Of a DNA stretch of 64,000 bases, positions 28,509 through 38,322 are shown piece after piece. This stretch comes from an uncultured Acidobacteriaceae bacterium (GTDB lineage Bacteria > Acidobacteriota > Terriglobia > Terriglobales > Acidobacteriaceae). The translations under genes and the position numbers were made by a program. Numbering within the stretch: the first letter of the stretch is position 1; each line of letters begins with the position of its first letter. The DNA lies in NCBI GenBank assembly GCA_963830285.1, contig CAWHLU010000003.1, positions 79,416 to 143,415 on the forward strand, written 5' to 3'. The notes under the pieces were generated by a model. It searched no databases and was not told where the DNA came from. It was given only the letters and a program-made list of their open reading frames with translations.

Positions 28509-29216
28509 TTAGTGCTTGCCTGCCGCGTCCGCCACGGCCGAATCCAGCGGAACACCGGGGCCCATCGTCGAGCTCAGCGTCACGCTCTTGATGTACTTGC
28601 CCTTCGCCGCCGAAGGCTTGGCGCGCACGATCGACGTAATCACCGTGGTCGCGTTGTCGATCAGCTTTTGCGGATCGAAGCTCAGCTTCCCCACCGGCAC
28701 GTGCACCAGGCTGGTCTTGTCGGCGCGAAACTCCACCTTACCGGCCTTGATCTCTTTCACCGCCGCGGCGACATCCTGCGTTACGGTTCCCGTCTTCGGG
28801 TTCGGCATCAGGCCCTTGGGGCCGAGCACCTTGCCGAGGCGGCCAACCACCTTCATCATGTCGGGCGTCGCAATCAGCGCATCAAACGCGGTCCAATTCT
28901 CTTTCTGGATCTTCTCGACCATCTCTTCGCCGCCGACGAAATCGGCGCCGGCTTCCCGTGCTTCGTTCTGTCGGTCGCCGGAAGCAATCACGGCAACAGT
29001 CTTCGTCTTGCCCAATCCGTGCGGCAGAACCACCGTTCCGCGCACCATCTGGTCGGCATGCCGGGTATCGACACCCAGACGCATGGTCAAGTCGACAGTC
29101 TCGTCGAACTTCGCGTACTTCACTTCCTTGAGCAGGGTGACCGCTTCGGTCAGTGGATACGCGGGCTTGGTTACAGCCGCACGCGCCTTCGCAATATTCT
29201 TGCTGCTTTTAGCCAT
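28509..29216 (-). CDS. rplA: 50S ribosomal protein L1
   Basis: [40 protein letters not shown]. Confidence 0.98.
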   Translation of the reverse strand: MAKSSKNIAKARAAVTKPAYPLTEAVTLLKEVKYAKFDETVDLTMRLGVDTRHADQMVRGTVVLPHGLGKTKTVAVIASGDRQNEAREAGADFVGGEEMVEKIQKENWTAFDALIATPDMMKVVGRLGKVLGPKGLMPNPKTGTVTQDVAAAVKEIKAGKVEFRADKTSLVHVPVGKLSFDPQKLIDNATTVITSIVRAKPSAAKGKYIKSVTLSSTMGPGVPLDSAVADAAGKH

Positions 29217-29225
29217 CAGATCCTC

Positions 29226-29335
29226 GTCTCCCACCGCAGATGCCAGCCCCATTTCAGGGGAACCTGGAGGCCATGCGCCTGAAACCCTCGGCGCTTACGC
29301 CCTCGAACAGGTCCAAAAGCCGTGGTGCTATTGAC
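29226..29335 (-). promoter_or_regulatory. Candidate L1-binding autoregulatory element in the rplA leader (strands in permuted order)
   Basis: mRNA GUC-AAUAGCA-CCACGGC pairs with GCGGUGG-GA-GAC directly before SD GAGGA. Confidence 0.55.
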
Positions 29336-29366
29336 AGCCCGGAGATTTCTCCGGGCACATCTATGA

Positions 29367-29395
29367 ATACTAGCGAAATGGTACCCGAAATGCAA
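29367..29395 (-). promoter_or_regulatory. Sigma70 promoter of rplA, TTGCAT-N17-TAGTAT
   Basis: Near-consensus hexamers with 17-nt spacer ~150 nt upstream of rplA. Confidence 0.65.
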
Positions 29396-29540
29396 ACAGC
29401 CGTCGATCGGCGCTAAGTCGTTCGCTTGAACCAGCATAGCCTGGGCACCGAAACAAATCTCACGCGTTGGCATCTAACAGGTATGAAGAGGAATAAGACT
29501 GGCGCCCATTCGAGTGGGCGCCCCAATGAGGAATAACAAT

Positions 29541-30491
29541 ATGAAAAAAATAGGGTTATCCATTGCGTTAACCGCCGGAGTGATTTTGGCGGCTGCCCCC
29601 AGCTTTGCGCAGAAGAACGATCAGACGGGACAAGGCCGCGCCGTAGTCACAATTCTGCCATCAGCCAAGAACGGCACAGTCAGCCAGGTACCGGCACAGA
29701 GTTTGAAGCTCAAGGTCAATGGCAAAGACTCTGCCGTCACGAATTTCACCCCGCTTGCTGACGCCAACAGCCCAGTCGAGCTCGTGCTGTTGCTCGACAG
29801 TGGATCCCGCACCAGCCTTGGCAGCGAATTCAACGACATCGAGACTTTCGTGAAAGAAATGCCGCCCAACACCAAAATGGCGATTGCCTACATGGATGCG
29901 GGACGGGCAGCATTCTCGAGCCAGCTCTCCCCCAATGCAGCCGACGTGTTGAAGGGGCTCCACCTGAGTACCGGCTTCCCCGGCTCTAATGCGAGTCCGT
30001 ACTTTTGCCTTTCTGACCTTGCCAAGAACTGGCCGTCGCACGATCGCACCGCGCGCCGCGAAGTCCTCATGGTCACCGACGGCGTGGACAACTACGACCG
30101 GCGTTACGACCCCGACGATCCATATGTCGCCAGCGCGATCAACGACTCGGTGCGCGCCGGGTTGATCGTGTACTCGATCTACTGGAAAGACATGGGGCGC
30201 GCCAATAACAGCTGGTACGAAAACAACGCCGGCCAGAACCTCCTGCTGGCGGTAACGCAGGCCACTGGCGGCAACAGCTATTGGGAGGGTGTCGGCAATC
30301 CGGTCTCCTTGCAGCCATTCCTGCAGGATTTGCGCCGGCGCCTGAATAACCAGTACGAGCTCAACTTCACTGCCCCGTCGAACGGCAAGCCCGAAGTCGA
30401 GTCGCTGAAGGTCGATCTCAAGGTCCCGTCCGCCAAGGTCGATTCGCCGCAGAAGGTGCTCGTCACCGGCGCCGCCACGGCTCGCGAGTAA
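29541..30491 (+). CDS. Secreted acidobacterial VWA-like protein
   Basis: Signal peptide; LVLLLDSG, VLMVTDG, TQATGG, LNNQYEL; SD GAGGA; GAAAC-N16-CATCT upstream. Confidence 0.75.
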   Translation: MKKIGLSIALTAGVILAAAPSFAQKNDQTGQGRAVVTILPSAKNGTVSQVPAQSLKLKVNGKDSAVTNFTPLADANSPVELVLLLDSGSRTSLGSEFNDIETFVKEMPPNTKMAIAYMDAGRAAFSSQLSPNAADVLKGLHLSTGFPGSNASPYFCLSDLAKNWPSHDRTARREVLMVTDGVDNYDRRYDPDDPYVASAINDSVRAGLIVYSIYWKDMGRANNSWYENNAGQNLLLAVTQATGGNSYWEGVGNPVSLQPFLQDLRRRLNNQYELNFTAPSNGKPEVESLKVDLKVPSAKVDSPQKVLVTGAATARE

Positions 30492-30522
30492 GTTATCCAG
30501 GGCAGTTCTTCCCAAAAGCAGC

Positions 30523-30559
30523 AGGCAGGTGATTTCAAAATCACCTGCCTCTTTTTATT
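30523..30559 (+). terminator. Rho-independent terminator
   Basis: AGGCAGGTGATTT-CA-AAATCACCTGCCT followed by CTTTTTATT. Confidence 0.85.
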
Positions 30560-30708
30560 GCGTGACGATAAAGATTTACCGGTTGACCCACAGGAAGAGG
30601 ATCCTATTTGTACCTGCCACCTTTCATTTTGGATTTCGAACTTGACTCCCCTCGGTAACAGATTGGTGTGCGATACTGCCCGTTATCTGCTAATGGGGAG
30701 CTTGAGAC

Positions 30709-31623
30709 ATGCAGAGAATTGGCGACGCAATCCGAACTCGAAGAGGCCGGTTGTTCAGCGGAGTTGGAGTGGTAGCCATCGCCATGCCAATCGCCCTAGG
30801 CGCTTTTGGCGCAATGCAGATCCGGGCTCAATCTGAATCACAAAAACCGGCAGCTGCTCCCTATCAGTTCGAAGTTGCTTCGATAAAGCCAAGCAATCCT
30901 GACGCAGTTGGCGGAAACATGACCATTCTGGGGCGCGCCAACGATCGTTTTAATGCAAGTAATGTCGAGCTGATGAAACTCATTCGAGCAGCTTATGGAA
31001 TTCCCATCGGAGCCGAAGATAGCCGCATCACCGGTGGACCGAACTGGCTCAAATCTGAAAAATATGATGTTGACGCAAAGATTGACAGCGCCGTGGTTGA
31101 TGAACTGAAAACGCTCAGCCAGGATCAACGCACGCTTGCGCAGCAGCAGATGCTCCAAGCACTCTTAGCGGATCGATGCAAGCTGGTGATACACCGCGAA
31201 ACGAAGGACCTTGCAATCTATACGCTAGTCATCGCGAAGAACGGCTCGAAACTTCAAGACGCGAAACCCGGCGAAACGGCCTCCCTGGGTTTCGGAGCAC
31301 ACGGGGAAACGCGATCGATCACAGGACAGGCGCGATCAATTCCGAACCTCGTCCAGGCATTGTCAATTGTCCTTGGCTGTCCCGTTCTGGATCAGACCGG
31401 GCTTGCAGGCAAATATGATTTCAAACTCGAGTGGACGCCGGATGATATCCAGGCGCAATCGCTTTCATCTGGCGCGCATGACCGGCCCGTGCCGCCAATT
31501 GATTCCAATGCTCCTCCCGTTCTTGAGGCAATTCAAGAGCAACTTGGCTTGAAATTGGTATCGGGGAGGGGTCCGATCGAAGTCTTCGTGATTGATCGCG
31601 TCGAACGGCCTTCGGCAAATTAG
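30709..31623 (+). CDS. TIGR03435 (DUF3738-like) family protein
   Basis: FEVASIKPS, GGPNWLKSEKYDVDAK, MLQALLADR, VLDQTGLAGKYDF.L.W, AIQEQLGLKL, VIDRVERPSAN. Confidence 0.9.
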   Translation: MQRIGDAIRTRRGRLFSGVGVVAIAMPIALGAFGAMQIRAQSESQKPAAAPYQFEVASIKPSNPDAVGGNMTILGRANDRFNASNVELMKLIRAAYGIPIGAEDSRITGGPNWLKSEKYDVDAKIDSAVVDELKTLSQDQRTLAQQQMLQALLADRCKLVIHRETKDLAIYTLVIAKNGSKLQDAKPGETASLGFGAHGETRSITGQARSIPNLVQALSIVLGCPVLDQTGLAGKYDFKLEWTPDDIQAQSLSSGAHDRPVPPIDSNAPPVLEAIQEQLGLKLVSGRGPIEVFVIDRVERPSAN

Positions 31624-31869
31624 CAGCAGTGTACGTGATGGCTTCGTCGCACTAAGTCCCTCTCATTTCTGAAATCGAACCCGATACCGTATAGTTTCTT
31701 TCAAACCGACAATGCACGGACGGGCTCTTCGATCTTCCGCTTTTCCCACCCAGGCCCGCCGATTCCCATTGCCGCTCCTCTGCCACGCACGAAACCAGGC
31801 GATCTCGAGGTCTCCCGATCTCATTCCGCCCCCGATGCGTGCGGAAGATCCCTTTGCGAGAAGAGGTAT

Positions 31870-34845
31870 ATGAAACAACCCCGGTTGGCCCTGGTTTTTT
31901 CTGCTTTTTGGATTTTTGCAGCAGCCGCTTCACTCCACCCGCAGGCCCTGAACACCAACTTCGCCCGTGATCCGCAGCAACCCGTCGATCAGGAATACAC
32001 CGATCACATTCACAAGTACACGACCGACCCGTCGTTCCTGTCGCCTCTGGTCGACTACCTGCCCGCTTCGAAGACCGTACCCACGCCCGCCAAAACCCTC
32101 GGCGATGTCTCCGGCGCTCCCGACATGCTGCCCTACGCCGAGGACGTCTACAAATACTTCCGTCTGCTCGCCGCCGCCAGCCCGCGCGTAAAAGTCGTCA
32201 CCATCGGACACACCGAAGAAGGCCGCGAGATGATCGCCGTCGCCATCGCTGATGCCGATCTGCTCAAAAACGCCGACGCCAACAAGCAGCGACTCGCCCA
32301 GCTCGGCGATCCGCGCACCATCAACTTCGACGACGCCAAGGCTCGCGCGCTGATTGACCAGTCCTTTCCCGTCTACTACATCACCGGAACTATTCATTCG
32401 ACCGAGACAGGCGCGCCCACCGCGCTGATGGAACTGGCCTATCGCCTCGCCGTCGACGACTCGCCCTACATCAAGTACATCCGCTCGCACATGATTGTGC
32501 TCATCACGCCCGTGGTTGAAGTGGATGGCCGCGATCGCATGGTCGACATCTATCGCTGGCACAAGGCCCATCCCAATGAGCAGTGGCCGCACCTCCTCTA
32601 CTGGGGCCACTATGTCGCCCACGACAACAACCGCGACGCCATGGGCATGACCCTCGACCTGACGCGCAACGTGCTCGACACCTACATCGACTGGCATGCG
32701 CAGGTTCTGCATGACCTGCACGAATCCGTGCCTTTTCTCTACGACAACACTGTCGGCGATGGCCCTTATAACGCCTGGGTCGATCCGCTCCTCGCCGACG
32801 AATGGGCCGAACTCGGCTGGAACAACGTCGCCCAGATGCAGAACTTCGGCATGCCCGGCGTCTTCACCCACGGCGACTTCGACACGTGGAGTCCCGGCTA
32901 CCTGATGTTCCTCGCCGCCATGCACAACGGCATCAGCCGCCTCTACGAGACCTTCGGCAATGGCGGCGCCGACACTGAGAAGCGCATTCTATCGCCCGAA
33001 GAATATTCACGCACCTGGTACCGTCAGAATCCGCCGCTGCCCATCGTCACCTGGTCGCAGCGGGATAACAATAACTACGAACAGACCGCGCTGCTCTCGA
33101 CGATTTCGTACTTCGCGCAGCACGGGCATCATTTCCTCGAGAACTACTACACCAAGAGCAAACGCTCGATTCAGAAACCGACCCTCGAAGGCCCCGCTGC
33201 TTATGTCATTGCGCCCGATGCCGCCGCGACTAATCGCGAAGTTGAGCTGCTGAAGGTTCTCAAGCGCCAGCACGTCGAAATCCAGCAGCTCTCCGACACG
33301 GTCACTGCGGACGTCGCAGGAGAGAAACGCGCCGACAAACCCAAGCCCCAGACCTTCCCCGCCGGCAGCATCGTCGTCCGCATGGATCAGCCCTACTCCC
33401 GCATCGCCGATGCGTTGCTCGACCGCCAGTTCTGGGCGCCCGACGACCCGCAAAAGCATCCCTACGACGACACCGGCTGGTCGTTTACCCACCTGTTCAA
33501 CGTCAAAGCAGTTCGCGTTACGGACCCAGCGATCCTGAAAGCCGGCATGAAGCCCGTCGACGATCCAGCCGCGCTGGCCGGCAAGATCGATGGCGCGGGT
33601 TCCATTCTCGCCGTCAACAACACCGGCCAGATTTCGCTGCTCTCCCTCGTCTACAAGCTCAAGGACGCGAAGATCCAGGTCGCCGAAAAGCCCTTCGATG
33701 CCGACGGCAAACACTACGCGGCGGGTTCGCTCCTCATCAACAGCACCGACGACAAGGTCTCTGCCGCACTCCACGATCTTGCGCTCGATGGCACAAAACT
33801 CAGCGCTGCGCCCTCCGTCGCCATGCACGACGTCGCTGCTCCCCGCATCGCCTTCATGCACACCTGGCTCGCTACGCAGACCGAAGGATGGTGGCGCTAC
33901 GCCTTCGATACCGCCGGCGTTCCCTACGACTACATGAGCACGCAAGCCGTGGCGAAGCAGGAGGATCTGCGCTCGAAGTACGACGTCATCATCTTCGCCC
34001 CCGTTGGCCGCTCGTCTTCGCTCGACATCATCAACGGCCTGCCGATGTGGAACAACCCGATGCCGTGGAAAAAGTCTGACCTCACGCCGAATCTCGAGGA
34101 TGGAGGAGACTCCACCGACGACATCCGTCCCGGCCTTGGCTACAACGGCCTCGAGCACCTCAAGAAATTCGTCGAACAGGGCGGCCTGCTCATCACCTGC
34201 GAAGACACCGCGCAGTTCGCTATCGACACCGGTCTCGCGCCGGGCGTCAGCGTCGTGCCCCATGGCGATGCACGCATCGTCGGCTCCGTACTCAACACCG
34301 TCTTTGTGGCCAAAGACAATCCGGTCGCCGCGGGCTACGGCCCGAATCTGCCCGTAATCAGCGCCAATGGCATGGCCTTCAACATCAGCAACACCTTGGG
34401 CCGCGCTGGCGGGCGCATGTTGATGGACCCTTACGCGGAAAGGCCGACAGGGCGCGGAAGCCTCGAAGAGAACGACGAACCTCTCGGTCGCAGGTCCACC
34501 GACGCCGAGCCTCTGGAGAAGACCGAAGCCTGGGAAGCAAAGAAACTCAATGAAGAACAGGTGCGCAACAACTTCTCCCTGATCCCGGAGAAGATGCGCC
34601 CTGAAGTCATCCTGCGCTTCTCCGGCAACAAGGACCTTTTGCTCGACGGCCTCCTCGACAAGGGCGGTTCCGTCGCCGAGCACGCCGTGGTGGTCAACGC
34701 ACACCTCGGCCAGGGCAGCGTGCTGCTCTTCGGCAACAACCCCATCTATCGCGGCGAGACCATCGGCGACTATGCCCTGGTCTTCAACGCAATTCTCAAC
34801 CACGATCACCTGGCGAGGCCTGTGGTGACGGACGAGAAGAAATAA
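31870..34845 (+). CDS. Secreted M14 zinc carboxypeptidase-family protein
   Basis: IGHTEEGR, IHSTE, HDNNRD, HDLHE; signal peptide; C-terminal glutaminase-like domain. Confidence 0.88.
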   Translation: MKQPRLALVFSAFWIFAAAASLHPQALNTNFARDPQQPVDQEYTDHIHKYTTDPSFLSPLVDYLPASKTVPTPAKTLGDVSGAPDMLPYAEDVYKYFRLLAAASPRVKVVTIGHTEEGREMIAVAIADADLLKNADANKQRLAQLGDPRTINFDDAKARALIDQSFPVYYITGTIHSTETGAPTALMELAYRLAVDDSPYIKYIRSHMIVLITPVVEVDGRDRMVDIYRWHKAHPNEQWPHLLYWGHYVAHDNNRDAMGMTLDLTRNVLDTYIDWHAQVLHDLHESVPFLYDNTVGDGPYNAWVDPLLADEWAELGWNNVAQMQNFGMPGVFTHGDFDTWSPGYLMFLAAMHNGISRLYETFGNGGADTEKRILSPEEYSRTWYRQNPPLPIVTWSQRDNNNYEQTALLSTISYFAQHGHHFLENYYTKSKRSIQKPTLEGPAAYVIAPDAAATNREVELLKVLKRQHVEIQQLSDTVTADVAGEKRADKPKPQTFPAGSIVVRMDQPYSRIADALLDRQFWAPDDPQKHPYDDTGWSFTHLFNVKAVRVTDPAILKAGMKPVDDPAALAGKIDGAGSILAVNNTGQISLLSLVYKLKDAKIQVAEKPFDADGKHYAAGSLLINSTDDKVSAALHDLALDGTKLSAAPSVAMHDVAAPRIAFMHTWLATQTEGWWRYAFDTAGVPYDYMSTQAVAKQEDLRSKYDVIIFAPVGRSSSLDIINGLPMWNNPMPWKKSDLTPNLEDGGDSTDDIRPGLGYNGLEHLKKFVEQGGLLITCEDTAQFAIDTGLAPGVSVVPHGDARIVGSVLNTVFVAKDNPVAAGYGPNLPVISANGMAFNISNTLGRAGGRMLMDPYAERPTGRGSLEENDEPLGRRSTDAEPLEKTEAWEAKKLNEEQVRNNFSLIPEKMRPEVILRFSGNKDLLLDGLLDKGGSVAEHAVVVNAHLGQGSVLLFGNNPIYRGETIGDYALVFNAILNHDHLARPVVTDEKK

Positions 34846-34881
34846 ACAACGGATGAACTTGATTGTGAACTGGGCGCTGGA

Positions 34882-36546
34882 TTAACTGCCCCACTGACTA
34901 TTGGGAATCAAACGAGCCTTAGTGAATTGCGTCCGGATGGCGTTGAAGATTCCCGATAACGACAGATTCTTATTGTTGTTAACCGTGGAGATACAGGCAC
35001 CTTTGTTCACGGAAGAAGAGGCATCCGAATAGAAGTTCGCAGGAGTTGCTATTCCTCCTGCCGAATAGGCCATGTGTTGCATAGCTTGACACGGGGTTAT
35101 GCCACTGGTATCTGTCTCACAGCCATAACTTGGACTCCCAAAAGCAACGGTGTAGACAGCAGTATTGTCATGGATGGATACCCACTTCGCGGCTGCTACC
35201 CCCTGGGCGCAGTTGTCTATGGTAGAGGGATAAATACCGCTGCTGGTGCTGAACTGATTAATTACGGGGACGTTGGTGTTTTGAAAAGTGGCGTTGTTTG
35301 CGTCGCCGTCTGTCAGCAGTATGATCGCATTTTTAGAGCCGGGGTTTGCAAGCGACGCGGCAGCTAAGGCTGCTCCCGCTTGATAGATCGCAGCGGCATA
35401 GTAGGTTGCCAAGGTATCATTTGGGATTTGCAACCCAGCACAATTACCTGCACCAACTGCTACACCAAGAGGCGAGTTACCATTTACTGTTGCGTTTGGA
35501 CCTGGTTGATTCCCTGTAAGATAGTTGTCCAGAAACCCCAACTGATCGAGAGTGGTCGTGCTAGATGATGTGCTGCCAGTGCTGCCAGTCGTAATCTGGT
35601 ACGTCATGTCAGTGGTGGTCTTTGTCTGATGATTGCCATGGCCCGTAGTAACCGTAACAGGCGTGTAATCTGTGTAGCCGCTGTTTTGGACGTCAGTGAT
35701 GCTTGCTGGTGTGAAAGCAGTATACGGATTGATGGTCGGAAGGTTGCAATTGCCATTGGTGTCGTTGCTGGCGGTTCCTATTGTCATGTTTGGGAATGTA
35801 AAGAGAGCTACGGTGTCGAATCCTGTGCTCGCGGTACAACTGCTTGCGGATCCAGAGCAAGGAGTCAATCCGGCGAGCATTTGTTGAGCCGCATACATAG
35901 CACAGGAAATCTGAGTAATGTGTCCGTTTGAAGTCTTCGCTCCCGTACACTCCGCGTCGTTGTCCTGAGCTCCCATAGAGGGGGTGGTGTCGATGATCAT
36001 GGCTATGTTGTATTCAGCGGACTTAGCGCCTAGCATTGAAGCAGTGGCTACTGTTGATAAGTTGATGCTGCCTGCTGCCTTGACACCAAAGACAGTCAAT
36101 GCCTTGATAAAGAATGTCGGTACGGCTGCTGTTTGGATTACCTGGAGGCTGTTAGCTGAAGCGGGAGAGGAAAGACCGGGGAGGCTGATGCAAGCGATGC
36201 CCTTGTTGGTCAGAATGGTAGAGCAACTGAAGTTAAGAGTCATTACCGCGTTTGATAGATTCGGATTAGCATTCAGGCCACCCGCAAATGATTTACTGGT
36301 GGGTAATGAGCTATAGTTATTTACTGCGTTTGTAACAGACGTGAGTGTGGCCCCACTTGTACCCATATTCTGAGCGCCAGCCAAAGCAGCAGCATCCGTT
36401 GACGCCTGTAGCTCACGGTAACAAACGAAAGCGTGACCGAGGTCAAGGGTTAGTCCCGCAAAGCCCACGAACAGGACCATCATAAAAACCATCCAGGGCA
36501 GTATCTGTCCCTCTTCATTCTTGGTGATTCTGTAGAGACAGTTCAT
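34882..36546 (-). CDS. TadG-like pilus assembly protein with VWA domain
   Basis: EEGQILPW..TM..DLGH...ELQASTDAAALAGA; MIDAS-like IDTTPS and LLTDG; ATG overlaps the tadE stop (ATGA). Confidence 0.85.
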   Translation of the reverse strand: MNCLYRITKNEEGQILPWMVFMMVLFVGFAGLTLDLGHAFVCYRELQASTDAAALAGAQNMGTSGATLTSVTNAVNNYSSLPTSKSFAGGLNANPNLSNAVMTLNFSCSTILTNKGIACISLPGLSSPASANSLQVIQTAAVPTFFIKALTVFGVKAAGSINLSTVATASMLGAKSAEYNIAMIIDTTPSMGAQDNDAECTGAKTSNGHITQISCAMYAAQQMLAGLTPCSGSASSCTASTGFDTVALFTFPNMTIGTASNDTNGNCNLPTINPYTAFTPASITDVQNSGYTDYTPVTVTTGHGNHQTKTTTDMTYQITTGSTGSTSSSTTTLDQLGFLDNYLTGNQPGPNATVNGNSPLGVAVGAGNCAGLQIPNDTLATYYAAAIYQAGAALAAASLANPGSKNAIILLTDGDANNATFQNTNVPVINQFSTSSGIYPSTIDNCAQGVAAAKWVSIHDNTAVYTVAFGSPSYGCETDTSGITPCQAMQHMAYSAGGIATPANFYSDASSSVNKGACISTVNNNKNLSLSGIFNAIRTQFTKARLIPNSQWGS

Positions 36547-37016
36547 TGCACGTCCTCCTGGATAGCAGAGTTGATGGTGCAGGACCCAAGACTCTTCCCA
36601 TACACTGAGATCTCGCAAGGGTATGAGGCTTGAATTTCAGCATTTCCACCGGAAACCAGGTTCGCATTTGCCGCGCCGCTTGCCCCAGGACACTTTGTCG
36701 TCCCGGAACCATATGAAACAGCAGTGGTAGAGGTCAAAGGGGTTGGGTTTAACGTATAGGTTAACGTTATGCTGGCACTTTTGAGGCTAGGTGCGGCTGC
36801 GTAGATTGCATTGGTTGCCGTGGTGCAAGGATCGGTGTCACCTGCATCGGCTGCAATGGTACGTCCCCCTGCGCTCACAGCTTCTGTCAAAATCAACTTC
36901 TGACTCAGGGCAATGGAAAATGAAAAGATGCCTGTCATAATGAGCATGATTAAGGGCAACGTAATTGCCATTTCAACGAGGGCTGAACCCTGACTCGATT
37001 TGCACAAGTGTTTCAT
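36543..37016 (-). CDS. TadE family pseudopilin
   Basis: QGSALVEMAITLPLI prepilin motif; AVSAGGR. Confidence 0.85.
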   Translation of the reverse strand: MKHLCKSSQGSALVEMAITLPLIMLIMTGIFSFSIALSQKLILTEAVSAGGRTIAADAGDTDPCTTATNAIYAAAPSLKSASITLTYTLNPTPLTSTTAVSYGSGTTKCPGASGAANANLVSGGNAEIQASYPCEISVYGKSLGSCTINSAIQEDVQ

Positions 37017-37712
37017 CTTCCCTGTCTCCACAAACGATGGCTGAAGAACGAGGCGCCTTCACAGGTGAATTGCTTTCAACGCGGGATGGCGGAGCTCGTT
37101 ACGAAGTGTGAGCGTCCCTGAGCGCAAGCGTCGAATGTCACGCTAATACAAGCGATTAGAGCGGGCTAAACAATTCTAAAAGCTAAGACCATCCAAAGTC
37201 ATCGTTCAAGCTTCGCAGGGTAACTGTCGTTAGGCCTGCGTGAGGTGAGAGAAATGAATAATGGTCAGATCGATCCACTCGGGAGCCCCGAATCAGTGAT
37301 TAGGAACACACAGTGAGTGGTTAGGTTGAATACGGTGAGTTACCCATGAAGAAAGGGCGGATGGCGATCCGCATCGACTATTGTGAACGCAATTACAGTC
37401 GGCGACGCTGTTCGCAGGATATGGCTGAAGTGTTCGGAAGAGCAGTAGTCATGCTCATCTCGCAAGTGTTGCCAGATATTGCAGAGCCTGAGTGTTGCAT
37501 CCGAAAGGTTTCTGAAATGAGAAAAGTGGTGTACTTGGACTCCTGATTCAGTGCTCCATGCGGCTGTGTCTTTGTGGTGTTGACGAGAGGTGCATGTTGG
37601 TAACCTGCGCGGGTAACCACAGCTATGGTGGCCGGAAGGTGAAGGCAGTGACGTGCATCACTAACTAGGTTTGATTCTCAATGGCTTAGTTCGCTTCATT
37701 CGAAGAGTGGCA

Positions 37713-37970
37713 GGGTGCTGAAGCTGATGGGCTACGAACATCTGGCCCCAGTGCGGACCGGACGGAGCGGCACTCAATGAGCGCAACTTCAAAGCCAAAG
37801 ACCGTGTGGAGAATTATCTGGCCGGCTAGGTGAAAGCGGGACGGATGCCTCTGGGCGATGCGCAGAAAGGCATCGCTTCAGACTGGACGCAGTACCTCTC
37901 TGCGTTGATCGTCAGGGAACAGCGCGAATTCAGTGTCCCGCGCTTCCAGCAAGATGAGATCCAGAAATGA
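37713..37970 (+). pseudogene. C-terminal remnant of an HNH-endonuclease-like protein
   Basis: Frame from 37737 reads NIWPQCGPDG...KDRVENYLAG*VKAGRMPLGDAQKGIASDWTQY; in-frame TAG at 37827; no intact 5' half seen. Confidence 0.55.
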
Positions 37971-38136
37971 GACTACGAGCGAATGACCGCCAACTCGTCA
38001 ATGACTGATCGGTAAATACTCGCTATTGGGCGGGTTCGCCGTTGAACCAATATGGCAGGATGGACTGTGCGCAGCACAGGCACACTTCAGCGATTTGCTC
38101 TTTCCCCTTGCGGAAGTTTGTGTCATGCTTTTAAGC

Positions 38137-38244
38137 ATGGGAAGCAAAGACAAAGGTAGAAAAGAAACCAAGAAGGCGCCGAAACCCAAACCGAAACCCG
38201 AGCCAGCTCGGCGCGAGATCTTTACCCCTGCTCCGCCGAAGTAA
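38137..38244 (+). CDS. 35-aa Lys/Pro-rich small protein, probably leaderless
   Basis: MGSKDKGRKETKKAPKPKPKPEPARREIFTPAPPK; TGn-CATGCT -10-like box 7 nt before the ATG; terminator downstream. Confidence 0.55.
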   Translation: MGSKDKGRKETKKAPKPKPKPEPARREIFTPAPPK

Positions 38245-38294
38245 GCGTTCCGGAGCAAAACTCCAAAGCCATCCGTGATCGATTGCGAACGCAG

Positions 38295-38322
38295 AAATGC
38301 CCTCCCCGCGGGGAGGGCATTT
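38295..38322. terminator. Bidirectional terminator downstream of rplK
   Basis: AAATGCCCTCCCC-GC-GGGGAGGGCATTT perfect inverted repeat. Confidence 0.8.

Noticed and set aside
31930-34809. Long antisense ORFs over the M14 peptidase (similar ones lie over ddl, the kinase, the CHAT gene and gltX)
   Set aside because: Same shadow-ORF artefact.
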